Assembly (NCBI GenBank): GCA_026936335.1
Contig: JAPMXV010000046.1
Coordinates: 372,001 to 436,000, forward strand
DNA: 64,000 bases
Direction of reading: 5' to 3'
Origin: Mantamonas sphyraenae STR306
Taxonomy: Eukaryota > Protista > CRuMs
Within the stretch, counting starts at the first letter, position 1, and every line of letters starts with the position of its first letter. The translations under genes were made by a program, and so were the position numbers. Below, one piece after another: positions 46,651 through 58,155 of the stretch. Under the pieces are notes generated by a model. It saw only the letters and a program-made list of their open reading frames with translations, was not told the DNA's origin and did not search any database.

Positions 46651-48853
46651 TCAAGGAAAAAGTCATCTGCGTCATCATCGCCATCGTCGTCAGAGTCGTC
46701 ATCGTCGCCCAGGCCAAGGGGCACCATGTAAAGGCCATTGCGAGCCTTGCTGATGCGTTTCCAGCGTCCCAGACGAGGCTCCTGGCCGACGCCAGCCAGA
46801 AGGAAGCGACCACTCTTGGCAAAGGCCATTGCATTCACAAAGCCTGTGACGGGCGCCGAGGCGACCTGTTTGATGGACTTTACGTGGTCGCCTACCTTCC
46901 AGAAGCGCACATGGCCGTCACACGAGCCGCTGGCCACTAGATCGCTGTTGGAGTGAGCTGCCACTGCGCTGATCCAATTGGCGGAGTAGAGCGCAAACGG
47001 GTCGGAGCGTTTGCGTTTGCGTTGCTCAGCAGCGTCGACGTCGCTGGCATCGTCGTTGGAGTGGCGGTACGCTTCAAAGGCGTCTTGGGTCTCGGAGGAT
47101 GAGGATGAGGAGGAGGAGGGATGGCCACCTCCAAAGGCCTGTTGGAGCATGGAGGAAGAAGAATGGCGTGTTTGAAGTTGCTGGTCGTCGTCGTCGTCGT
47201 TGTCGTCGTCGTCGTCGTTGTTGTCAAAGGTGCTGTGGGAAGGTGTGTCGAAAGCACGCGGGTTGCCCACGCCAGGGTCTTTGGCAGCCTTTGCGCTGGC
47301 AGAGGCGTGCATTTGGGAGGTCCATTCCTGGTAGTCACGGAGGGAGGCGTGGATGGAGGCCGAGGTGTCGTAGCCGTGGGCGACCGGGACGGTGCACTGT
47401 GCCTTCTTCTTGAGAATGTTCCACAAGGAGAGGGAGCCATTCTGGGCGCCTGTGACCATTGTGTTTTCTGTGATCATGGCGACTGCGTCGAGGCTGCCCG
47501 AGGACTTGTCGGCCTGGAATTTGAGCTGTGCCTGGTCGACTATCTTGAAGAGGCGCATGGTGCGGTCGCGGCTGACGGCGACGGCGCGTTCGCGGAACAT
47601 GGCATCGATGGAGGTGATTTCGAGCTCTGGTCCAAAGAGGGTGTCGAGGTAGGCCATTTCGTCGACGTTCCAGATTTTGAGGGTGCGGTCGACCGAGCCC
47701 GAGTAGAGGGTGTGTGTGCCCCTGCGAAAGGTGAGGGCGGTGACGGGCTGGTAGTGGCCCTTGAAAGAGTCGATGAGAGAGTCTGTGCGGGTGTCCCACA
47801 CTCGAATAAAGTAATCGCGGCCTGCGCTGGCCAGGTATTTGCCGTCGCTGGAGACAGCCACGGCGAGGACTTGGTCGGTGTGTCCTGGAACGTCGTTGGA
47901 GTTGCGTGCGCCTCGGTACAGCGTCTTGGAGCCTGTTTCCAGGTCCCACTTGAGGAGGCAGCAATCCTTGGCGCCGGTGTAGGCGGTGGAGTCGTCGTCT
48001 GTGAGGCACAGGGCTGTGACCGACTGCTTGTGTCCTCGCATGCGTGTGACAGGCAAAGTGGGACCCTGCACACGATCGGCAACGTAGCGAAAGTCTTTGC
48101 CGCTGCGTGCCAGGGCTTCGTTTTGAAGGCGGCGTGCGACAGGATCGAGGACCTCGTTCTCCAGCTCGGCCTCGACGTTGACCCGGCGGCTCTGTGCATT
48201 GTCGGAGGCGGCGGCGGAGGTGTGTGTGTCGTCTGCGCCAACTTCGTCGCGGATTTGGCCGAGATAGGACTTTGCCAGGCGCAAACGGCGCTCCTCGACG
48301 GTCTCGTACTCTGCGGAAGGAACGGACGGACGGATTCCCGGGAGGCGGACAGAGCGCATAGAGTGCAATGATGGGCACCATGGGACAGAAGCGGGTGTAC
48401 AGAGTGTGAGCATATGGATGGCAGGCGGTTGGTACACTGGGGGCAAGTGAAGGTGTGTGCAAGGGTGGTGGCGGCGTGCGGCGAGGAGCCATGCATGTGC
48501 GGACGGGCAGGCGGGGCAGATGGGCAGCGGACGCTGCACGGGCGGTATAAACGTACCAGCAAGGTCGTCATCAGCATCGTCGTCGTCGTTCCAACCACGC
48601 TCGGAGTATTCCGTCCATCCCAGACGAGAGGCCTTGGCCTTGTCGCGCTTGGAGGAGGTGGGCTGCTCGTCAGCGCTTCCGTAGTCGTCGTCGTCGCCCA
48701 AGTCGTCGTCATTCACGTCGGGAGAGCGTGTGGAGACCTTTCTCCGTTTCGTCTGTGTGTGTGGGGGGGGGGGGGGTGGGGGGGGGGTCAAGGTTAGCCT
48801 GTGGACGGGTGGGATGGGCAGGAAACGGGGGGAGGACGTACTCGGCGGGACAT
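46647..48853 (-). CDS. RRP9: U3 snoRNP WD40 protein RRP9/U3-55K; exons ~48853..48842, 48752..~48557, ~48311..46647
   Basis: ETVEERRLRLAKSYL, GHTDQVLAVAVSSDGKYLASAGRD, LYSGSVDRTLKIWNVDEMAYLDTLFG, SDLVASGS and AGVGQEPRLGRW. Donors are GTACGT. Confidence 0.93.
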
Positions 48854-49055
48854 GTCTGGTTGGGTTGGGGCGACAAGGGGGGGGAGGGGATCTTTGGGCA
48901 GAGCAGTTTCTGGTGTGGGTGCGGCATGGATAGAGAGGATGTGTGGCGTAGCAAACGGGATGGGGTTGGGCAGGGAGAAAAGGAAGGTGCAGGGGTGCGC
49001 GCGGCACCCCAACCATTTCAAACAACCAAAACACTTCTGCAGCGTCCGTATCAAG

Positions 49056-52000
49056 ATGACAATGCAAAAGATCCGTGTGAGCATGGTTGTTGCAGCGCTG
49101 TTGTGCGCTCTGGCTGTGCTGACCCATGGTAAGAGGAAACATGGGCGCCCAGCAGTTGGGTGGTGCCTGAAATGCATGCAGGGATGGAGGGTGGATTTGG
49201 TGATGTTTGGTGCATCGAAAGGAGTGTTTTGATGCTCTGCGAGTGGTTGCATACACGTCAGGAAGCGTGGAAAGCGGGAAAAGGAGGGGGTCGGTTGTCC
49301 GAGAATCGCGTTTGGGTTTGCATGCCATGCAGCCTTTTTGTTTGCGTTTTTGCATGATGGCCATTGTGTGCGTCTGAAGAGGGACGTGTAGGACCTCCGT
49401 AGTTGCGTTGAGGTGCAGCAATGGTGGTCGGGATCCCTTGGATGTGACGTGTGCAGTGCTAGGGCTGCGCTGCTCAAATCCTGGATGAAATGGGCGCGCG
49501 CAAAAAGCAACGATTGTCAGAAACGTGGAAAACGGACGCGCATGGGAAAAGTGCATGGTGTGGCGTGGGCAACCTGGACGAGGGTTTTCAAATGGATGGG
49601 CGAAGGAGTGGAGCAAGGTTGCAGAGAGGGAGTGGCCAAGGGGGGGGGTGAGGGGAGGTTGTGGGAACGAGGCGGAAAGCTGACACTTGTTTTTCTCGCG
49701 TTGGTACGGAAATCGGCGCGGCTCCGTGTCGCGTGCAACAGGCCAAGTGCAAAACAAGCCAGCCAATGTCGACTATTCGTTCGACCTTATCTTTTACGGT
49801 GGAGGCTCGCCGCAAGTGAGCGGAGCCACACCGGTCTACGCGCCCGTGGATGTCGCGCAAGTCGACTCCAACGGCCAGGACCTCGTGTACGTGCTTGAAC
49901 GCCAGTCCGTGAACAATGCGATTGAGGAAACTGCTACGGATAGCTTCTCGTACCAGCCGTCGTCCCAGTCCACTCCGCTCCTGCAGCGTGTGGTTGTGTA
50001 CCAGTGCGGCTCGGCGTCGGTGAAGCAGACCAAGTACTTCCCGTACGTGGACAAGAACGACCCCTCCCGCCAGGACTTTAACAAGAAGAACCTCTTCAAC
50101 GGCACCCACTACGGATCGCCCTTTGCCAGCATCCAGGTGGCCAACGACGGTGAGATCTTCTTTGCCGACGGGTACTTGGGCTACTTCAATGTGTTCCAGG
50201 AGAAATCCATCTTTGACCAGCTTTCTGGAGGCACGCCGTTCATTACGCGCATGGCGACGCTGGACTCGACACCGACTCGCTTCCAGCTGCCCAAGTATGA
50301 CAAGAGCAACCCCATCATTGTGTACTCGCCGAACGGCGTTTTGACGTCGGGCGAGCGCTTCGGTGGCTACCACTGGTGGCAGCTGAACCCGGCCAACAAG
50401 GACATCCTCTACATGGATGCCACTGGTGGCCTCAAAAGCCCCACTGACCCCAAGCCTGGTGCGCAGGGCTTTGTGGGCCTGCGTCTGGTGACGGCGGCGT
50501 CGGGCTACAACAACTCGGTGGAGTGGCTGAACCTGGCGCGCAACGGAACCATCACGGGCCAGAAGCCCTTCCCCTACTTCCGCGAAAAGGCGCAGGTGGA
50601 TTTGCTTGCGTTTGAGCACTCGTGGAAGAACAACGTGACATACACGATGATGCAGGTGGTGGACGTGACGCGCCTGCTGTCTGGCAGTGCCACCAAGGCA
50701 CCTCGTGTGGGTACGACGTACCTGCTCAAGTTCAACATGAACGACAACGGCAACTTTGTGTGGATCAGCCCGGCCAACGCGTTCCCGACCAGCGTGAACG
50801 CGCTGCTGCTGATCGAAACCAACCGCGTGAACATGCTGATGGTGATGGACTATGCACGCTCGAACATCCAGCGCGTGGACACACTGTCGGTCAACTTTAC
50901 GACTGTGGGCACACCTGTGGGTGGCCTCGGTGCAGGCTTTGCCAATCTGCTCAACCCGCGCGGTCTGACAGCCGACAACGAGGGCACATTGTATGTGGCC
51001 GACACGGGTCTGACCATGCTGAAGCGCTTCTCGACTTCCTGTGCCACTGGCTACTACGGACAGAACTGCACGGACGTGTGCCCCGGCGGCGCAGCAAACC
51101 CCTGCAGCGGTCGTGGTACCTGCAGCGCCATCTCGGGCCAGTGCGCATGCAACGCTGGCTTCTACGGTGTGGATTGCTCCAAGGTGGCCAACACAGCCAT
51201 GACCTTGGCTCCCGTCACCATCTCGGGCCTGGCCACGTTTGACAACTGGCCGACTCAGCCTTCGATTGCCCCGTACGAAATCTATGCCAACGGCATTGCT
51301 GCGCTGCCCTCGGGCAATCTGCTGATGCAGACGTTGGACAAGGCATGCGTGGTGGACCCCACGGCCAACTTCAACCCGTTTGCTTCGGGCGACCCTTTTG
51401 CAAGCGGTTCTCCTAGCGGCTCTCCCGGTGCGTCCGGTGATCCTTTCGGCGGCACGGGATCTTCGTACCCGCCTGCGTCGTTCTCCTGCAAGCAGAACGT
51501 GACCCTTGTCGAGCTGACTCCTGCGGGTCAGTATGTCAAGATGGTCAAGCCGCAGAACTACTTCCTGGCCTCCGGTGCCGGCTTCCAGCCCTTCCTGCCC
51601 CAGACCAGCGTGTTTATGGCTGATCGCCTGCGTGTGCACCGCACCACAGGTGACATCTACGTCGTGGGCTTCCCCTACGGCGGCAGCGACTACGAGCGCG
51701 ACAACGTCATCATTGTGATGGACCTGATGGGCACTGTGAAGCGCACCATCCCGGCTTGCGCTGGCTTTGGCATCCACTCGTTTGAGCTGGACGAACGTGC
51801 CAACCGCATCGGCGCGCTGTGCTACGATGCACCTCTGCCGAGCATCAACACGGGTTTCCCTGTGGCTGCTGTGATTGGTGCCCATAGGAAGGTCAGCATG
51901 TACAACCTGAACACCGGCGCTGCCACCATGCAGCTGAACCTGCCGCTGAACGCCTCTGCAATTGCCTTTAACCCGCTCAACTCGGACCTGTACGTCATCT

Positions 52001-54879
52001 ACGATTCCCTTGCGCAGACGCGCTTGGACATGTACACCGCGTCGGACAACTACGCCACCCTCAAGCCCCTTTCCGTGGCCAACCGTGGCTTCGGTGAGGG
52101 ATCGGCAGAGTATGTGAACCCGAGTGGCCTGGTGACGACGATGGCCGGCCAGCTGCTGGTCATGGACAAGGGCAACTCACGTGTGCAGATGCTCAACATG
52201 ACCACGGGCGAGTGGCAGAACCAGCGAACCTTTACGACGAGCGCAGACACTGTGACCGGTGTGCGCCGCCTGCCCATGACCTACAGCGAGACTCGCAAGG
52301 AAGCGTTTTTCTTTGTGGACAACACGACGCCGTCGACGTTCAAGACGCGCACCCTGTTCAAGCTCGCGCTGCCGTGCAACACCAACTTTTATGGCGCTGA
52401 ATGCAGCCCGTGCCGTGACACGACGTGTGGCGGCCGTGGCTCGTGCGACGATGGACGCACAGGCACAGGCGGCTGCAAGTGCTCGCCCGAGACGCTGTAC
52501 ACCGGCGCCACGTGCGAGGCATGCACAGCCGGCAACTACAAGCCCAACGTGAACGAGAACACGTGTGTGGCCTGCGCTGCCGGCCGCTACGTCAACAGCC
52601 AGGGCGCGTGCGTCCCTTGCCTGGCGGGTACCTTTGGAGCCTTCCAGGGCCAGACTGTGTGCGACAACTGCGTGCCCGGCACGTACGCCACAGGCGGCGC
52701 CACGGCATGCACCGAATGCGAGCTGGGCAAGTTCAACAACGGTTCGGCACAGACCACGTGCCAGGATTGCGAGGTGGGTTTCTTCCAGAACGCACGTCGC
52801 TCGCTGCAGTGCAACCCGTGCCCGGAGGGCCAGATTGCCACCGCCAAGGGTCTGAGCCAGTGCTCTCCGTGCGTGACGAGCAAGACCAACGATCCCGCAC
52901 GCACCTCGTGCATCTGCAGGCCGCTGTTCTTTGAGCAGAAGCCTGGAGATCGCGACTGCAAGAGCTGCGAGACGGAGCTGCCCAACGCCATCTGCCGCGG
53001 TGGCAACGACATCGTGCCGCGCGCAGGCTTCTGGAGTGCCTTTGCAGGCTCGACGACGATCTACGATTGCGCAGGCGTCGTGGGCTGCGACGGCACGCAG
53101 GGCGCCATCGGCTCCAAGTGCTCCGAGGATGGCTACGAAGGACCCAAGTGCTCTGTGTGCTCGCCTGGTTACCAGAAGGAGGGTGTGCGTTGCACAAAGT
53201 GCCCCGAAGGAGGCAGCTCCGAGGTGACGATTGCTGCCCTGATCATCCTGCTGCTGGTGGGTCTGTTCCTCCTCTTCCGCCAGAAGGGCGGCAAGGGCTC
53301 GATCCTCAAGGTGAAGATTCTGATTGGTTTCCTGCAGATGCTGAACCAGTTTACAGAGACGTACGACGTGGCGTGGCCCGAGAGCTTCAAGCGACTGAGC
53401 AACGCGATGAGCTTCGTCAACTTTAACATTGTGAGCATCAGCTCGTTCGACTGCACCAACGGCAAGCCCCTCACCTTCTACGCAGGTCTGGAGTTTTACA
53501 TGGCGCTGCCGCCTGTGTTCCTGGTGACCATGGTGGTTGTGTGGCTTGTGATGCGCGGCATGAAGAAGGCCAAGGGCGCCACGCCCGAGGAGATCTCCGA
53601 GTGGGACAGCATGTGCATCAAGAACGCAAGTGTGGTGCTGCTGTTCCTGTACCCGGGCATCAGCCAGAAGATGCTGCAGACGTTCAAGTGCTCCGAAGTG
53701 GAAGGGAGGATTCTGCTGGATTTCGACTACCGCGAAGAGTGCTGGAACGAACGCCATTTGGGCTACGTGGGCCTGGCCGTGGTGGGTATCCTTGCATACA
53801 TCATCGGCATCCCGATTGCGTTTGCCCTGCTGCTGAAGAAGAACTCGCACCAGCTGGACGCGCCCAAGATCCGCGAGCGCTACGGCTTCCTGTACATCGG
53901 CTACAGCCCTGTGCGCTACTACTGGGAGCTTGTGGAAATGACACGCAAGCTGATCATTGCCTCTGTGCTTGTGTTTGTGGCGCGCGGTCTGCCGTCGCAG
54001 CTTGTGGTGGGCATGATTGTGAACCTGTTTGCGCTGCTGCTGCACGAACGCTTCCAGCCGTATGAGGCCAAGAGCAACCACGATCTGCAGTACAACGCGC
54101 TGCTGCAGCTGTTTATGACACTGTTTGCGGGTCTGCTGCTCAAGGTGCAGATCAGCAAGGAACCGGCGGACATTGCGCTGTTTGGCTTCCTGCTGGTGTT
54201 CCTGAACTGCTTTGTGGTGTTTATGGCAATGGTGCAGGTTGTGCTTCAGTTCAAGAAGAAGTACGACAAGATGCTGGAGCAGAACCCCAGCATGAAGGAC
54301 AAGGGCAAGCTGTGGGCGAACCTGATGGTTGCGCTGACGCAGACGGCGGCCGACGGCATGGAGGACGAGGAGGAGGAGGACGGTGGTGAGGAGGGCGAGA
54401 AGAAGGGCAAGAGCATCGAGCTCGGCGAGCTGAAGATCACGCAGAAGGAGGAGGACGAGGATGAGGAGGAGGAGGAGGAGGACGCTGTGGATCGCGAGGA
54501 GGAGGACGAGGAGGATGAGGCCGGCTTGAAGGGCAAGAAGAAGAAGAAGAAGGGTCATGGTCATCATGATGACCATGATGATGACGAGGATGACGAGGAG
54601 CATGAGCACGACGAGAAGGAGGAGGAGGCTGCCAAGAAGGAGCAGGAGAAGGAGAGGAAGGAGGCGGAGAAGGAGGAGGAGAAGATGAAGGAGTTGGAGC
54701 AGGGCGATGCGAGCAACAGGATGGAGGATGTGTTGCTGGACGAGGAGAAGAAGGCGCGGGAGGAGGCCAAGAAGAAGAAGGAGGAAGCCAAGAAGGCCGA
54801 AGAGGAGGCGGAGGTTGAAGAGGAGGAGGATGAGGAGGAGGAGGAGGAGGAGAAGAAGGAAAAGAAGGAGGAGAAGTGA
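49056..54879 (+). CDS. Large cell-surface receptor-like protein: signal peptide, NHL/beta-propeller regions, EGF-like and GCC2/3 Cys-rich repeats, ~9-10-TM TRP-like membrane domain, acidic/charged tail; intron 49129..49741
   Basis: Exon 1 MTMQKIRVSMVVAALLCALAVLTH(G) splices GTAAG..CAACAG in frame to GQVQNK. NPRGLTADNEGTLYVADTG (NHL), CPGGAANPCSGRGTC (EGF), CxxCxxGxF repeats, KILIGFLQML..WP, RYGFLYIGY..YYWELVEMTRK and QPY. Confidence 0.85.
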
Positions 54880-54905
54880 GAGATTGTTTGAATGGAGATT
54901 GGAGA

Positions 54906-55301
54906 TCAAAACGATGAGATTCGTTGTCCGTGGTGATCGCAGAGATGGATTCTGTTGCGTGGATGGTGTCTGTTTGCTTGAGGGAGTAGGAACTGACGTA
55001 CGTGAGGGCTTCCAAGTCGAGCACGGCAGCAAAAGCAGGGTGCCGGGCGCGCACCGTGTGGTCTGCGCAGATTTGGATGCGGTAGCCTGTGTCGGGGTCC
55101 GTGTGGAAGAAGAAGCCTTGGGGTTCCTTCTCAAAGACGTGGGGAAAGACTGGGGGCGGGGAGGGTGAGCGGGAGGCGATTCGGGAAGTAACGGAACGGG
55201 AATCGCTCACCTTGCTCGTTCAAGATGTCCGCCGTCTCTGGGTCTCCAAAGCGGATGGCCAACGGCGGAAGTGTGAACGGGGTTGGGTCGGAGGTGGACA
55301 T
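54906..55301 (-). CDS. Small (~94 aa) three-exon hypothetical protein that the ORF track does not resolve; exons 55301..55211, 55149..55002, 54951..54906
   Basis: Introns GTGAGC..CCCAG and GTACGT..CAACAG give MSTSDPTPFTLPPLAIRFGDPETADILNEQ|VFPHVFEKEPQGFFFHTDPDTGYRIQICADHTVRARHPAFAAVLDLEALT|IHLCDHHGQRISSF*, filling the gap between the neighbours. Confidence 0.6.
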
Positions 55302-55387
55302 TGCAGTGCTGTGTTACAGTACTGTTATCTGGGGGGGCCGGCGCGGTGGGTGCGGCAAGAAAACTTTTCTGGATTCGCATTCTTGGG

Positions 55388-56476
55388 ATGCTTGTGTTTG
55401 CTCGCTCGGCAAAGCAGCTGGCTGCTGTGGAAGAGGCGTTGGTGGAGTGTGCATTTTCGGTGGGAGGCGGACATGTGGTGGAGGACGGGAGGGAAGCGGA
55501 GGTGGAGGTCGGGGAGTACGAAGGAGAAGTGGACGTGAAGGCGCTGTTGGAGGTGATGGGGACAGAGGCAAGTGTGGGAATGCCGCTTGTGTACACGGCG
55601 GATATCTCGTCGACGCAGGAGGTGCTGTACGAGCACAACGAGTTGTTCCCGGCCAACACGGTTGTGCTGGCAGACACGCAGACCAAGGGCAAGGGCAGAG
55701 GGGACAACGTGTGGACGTCGCCTGCAGGGTGTCTGATGTTCTCGTTCAAGCTGCGGGTGGAAAAGGCGTCGCTGCTGACACATGTGCAGTATCTGGTGAG
55801 CCTGGCTCTTGTGCGCGCGGTCAAGTCGTACGACGCATACGGGGTGCTGCCGGTGAAGCTAAAGTGGCCGAATGACATTTATGCGGACGGGAAGAAGCTG
55901 GGCGGGATTCTGTGCCAGGCGCAGAGTAGCAGCGGCGGCGGGCGTGCGTTTGATGTGACGGTGGGCGTCGGGGTCAATGTGTCCAACACGGAACCGAAGG
56001 AGTCGATCTCGCTGCACAAGCTGGCGCGGGCGTCTGGGGCGAGGGAGATGGGCGAGGGTGCACGCGGGTTGGGCAGTCTGGTGGAGGAGGACGGGGACGG
56101 GGAGGGAAAAGTCTCCGGGTCGTCGTCGTCGTCGTCGTCGTCGATTTTGACCCGGGCGCAGCTGGGGCTGGTGTCGAGGGAGTATGTGTTGGGTACGTTC
56201 CTGAAGGAGTTTTCCGGGATGTATGCGCAGTTTAGCGAGGGGGAAGGCGGGTTTGAACCGTTTCTGGAGGAGTACTTGGAGGCGTGGCTGCACAGCGGGC
56301 AGGAGGTGACACTGCAGGGGGACGGGGAGGGGACGGTGGACGGGGAAAAGGTGACCATTGTGGGCCTGGACAAGGATGGGTTTCTGCTGGCGTGTGACGC
56401 AGATGGGAAGGAGGTGACGCTGCACCCGGATGGGAACCGGCTGGACTTTTTCAAGGGACTGGTGAGAAAGCGATGA
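55388..56476 (+). CDS. HLCS: Biotin--protein ligase (holocarboxylase synthetase)
   Basis: SSTQ, QTKGKGRGDNVWTSPAGCLMFS, QYLVSL, KLKWPNDIY, KLGGIL, GVGVNVSN, WLHSGQEV and LHPDGNRLDFFKGLV. Confidence 0.93.
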   Translation: MLVFARSAKQLAAVEEALVECAFSVGGGHVVEDGREAEVEVGEYEGEVDVKALLEVMGTEASVGMPLVYTADISSTQEVLYEHNELFPANTVVLADTQTKGKGRGDNVWTSPAGCLMFSFKLRVEKASLLTHVQYLVSLALVRAVKSYDAYGVLPVKLKWPNDIYADGKKLGGILCQAQSSSGGGRAFDVTVGVGVNVSNTEPKESISLHKLARASGAREMGEGARGLGSLVEEDGDGEGKVSGSSSSSSSSILTRAQLGLVSREYVLGTFLKEFSGMYAQFSEGEGGFEPFLEEYLEAWLHSGQEVTLQGDGEGTVDGEKVTIVGLDKDGFLLACDADGKEVTLHPDGNRLDFFKGLVRKR

Positions 56477-56482
56477 TGATTT

Positions 56483-57628
56483 TTAGAGAGTGGGCTGGGC
56501 GCCAGTGAGCTGCGAGGCGGTGAATGTGGCGAGGAACAGGGAATACAGGGCTCTGAGAGCGAAATCTGGGCTGATGGTGAAGCCACCGATGCTCCATCCG
56601 ACAGTTGGAACCGCGGTGAGGTACTGGACGAGCTCGTGATTGGAGGTGTTGGGCTGGGATGTGACGGCGGCGTGGACGAAGCTGTCGATGGCGGCCGTGC
56701 GCATGCGGTTGCAGACACCGGTGACGCGGGCCGAACTGACAAGGAAGGTGGTGATGATGACGTAGGACGGAGCCAGGTTGGAAAGGACGTGCGTGAGTGA
56801 GAGGGGCGTGCCTTTCACAAGTGCACGGAACAGGGCAAAGATGAGGGTGGCGGTGACAAGAACAAAGATGAGAATCACTGGGCCCGTGGTGACGCGATTG
56901 ACCCAGACGGATGCGTTGCGGAAGTCCCAGTGGAGTCCCATCTTTTCGCTGCCGTCGAGGTCGGGGCGGAGGAGGCGCTGCTCGACGATGAGGGCGTGAC
57001 GTCGTGCCAGATCTGTGCAGAGGAGATGGAGGGAGATTGCGACGGCACTGTGGATGGAGAGTAAGAAGGATCTGACAAACGCAGCCGGTGTCAGAGAGTC
57101 AAACGCTACGTTTAGAGGCACCAGGGCGAGGGACACGGTGCTGTAGGCACAGCACCAGCGGAGAGCGGCGTGGATGGAATCTCGCGGAAGTTGGTTGTGG
57201 TAGTGGTGGAGAATGATGAACAGGCGACTCATTGAGGCGCGGGTCAAAAGGAAGAAACCATTGATGAGTAGCAGGTCGAGAAACAGGACGATAAAGCTTG
57301 AATCACGGCTGGAGGGAGTGAGGTCGAGGATGCAGATGGCGACGGTGTACGTGAGGAGGACGGTGATGGACCAACCAAGGTGGAACGGTTGGGTTTTCGG
57401 GGGGAGGACGTGGGCGGTGATGTTTTGGAGGATGTCGGACAGGTCCATGCGTATATACTTGGTGTCGACGGGCTCCTGAGATGGGTCGGTGTGTGTGAAG
57501 CAGCCGGAGAGTGCAGCCATGAGGTGGACGGGGAGGAGAAACGGCGAGCGGAGGAGGGCCTGGGCGTCGTCCAGGGGGATGGTGGGCGGGGAGGAGGAGC
57601 GGGGTTGGGAGAGAAGGGGGTTTTGCAT
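56483..57628 (-). CDS. Gustatory-receptor-like (GRL/DUF3537-type) seven-TM ion channel
   Basis: Seven hydrophobic segments. SARVTGVC after TM6 and ELVQYL..GWSIGGFTIS..LRALYSLFLATFTASQL match the GR/GRL/DUF3537 TM7a-TM7b pattern. Confidence 0.7.
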   Translation of the reverse strand: MQNPLLSQPRSSSPPTIPLDDAQALLRSPFLLPVHLMAALSGCFTHTDPSQEPVDTKYIRMDLSDILQNITAHVLPPKTQPFHLGWSITVLLTYTVAICILDLTPSSRDSSFIVLFLDLLLINGFFLLTRASMSRLFIILHHYHNQLPRDSIHAALRWCCAYSTVSLALVPLNVAFDSLTPAAFVRSFLLSIHSAVAISLHLLCTDLARRHALIVEQRLLRPDLDGSEKMGLHWDFRNASVWVNRVTTGPVILIFVLVTATLIFALFRALVKGTPLSLTHVLSNLAPSYVIITTFLVSSARVTGVCNRMRTAAIDSFVHAAVTSQPNTSNHELVQYLTAVPTVGWSIGGFTISPDFALRALYSLFLATFTASQLTGAQPTL

Positions 57629-58155
57629 GGTGGATGGGGGAGGCGGGGAAGGGGAGTGGAGGGCGGGGGGGAAGGTAGATTTGGGGGGCCCGGGGCGGGG
57701 GGCGACAACGTCGGCCGTTGAGGACCATGTTGGGGTACGACGTCCCTCAGGCGCTTACAGCAATGGATTTCCGCTCAGGTTGTTGAGAGTGAAGTGTGGG
57801 CGTGCGCGTGGGACTCGAACTCGGTGTGGGGGTGGACGGGGAGAAAAACGAGGCAAAATCATCTGAGAACGTTTGTAGTAGGCAACTTGTGGGGTTGGAT
57901 GGTGAACCCGTGGGGTATGGTCTGCAGGGGACCTGGTGGATTGGGTAGCAAGCGTGACTCAAGGAAAAGAGGAGATCGGAAGCGGGTGTTCTTGACCGAA
58001 TTGTTGGAATGGCTGACAGGGTGGACAAGGATGCACAGGAGGGCACCCCAGGGTGGTGCTGGAGCTGCGGGAGCGTGGTGTGTGCAGTCTATGTGGGTGG
58101 ATTTGGGCGAGGAACGGAGCCTAGTGGCAGAGCGCGGAATGAAGCAACGCACGTG

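Noticed and set aside
48854-49766. Long N-terminal extension of the 1039-aa RRP9 ORF
   Set aside because: It runs through promoter sequence and the opposite gene's first exon and intron. A spliced start MSRR|TKRRK at 48853 fits better.
955-54870. Abundant trinucleotide tracts (poly-S/T/D/E/G/Q/H/N)
   Set aside because: Generic slippage-derived low-complexity linkers present in almost every gene; not a distinct element.
2763-55134. Long antisense ORFs (e.g. 2763..4604, 7713..9734, 10133..11713, 49588..51885, 52177..55134)
   Set aside because: Mirror frames of real genes, expected in GC-rich coding DNA; no recognisable domains.
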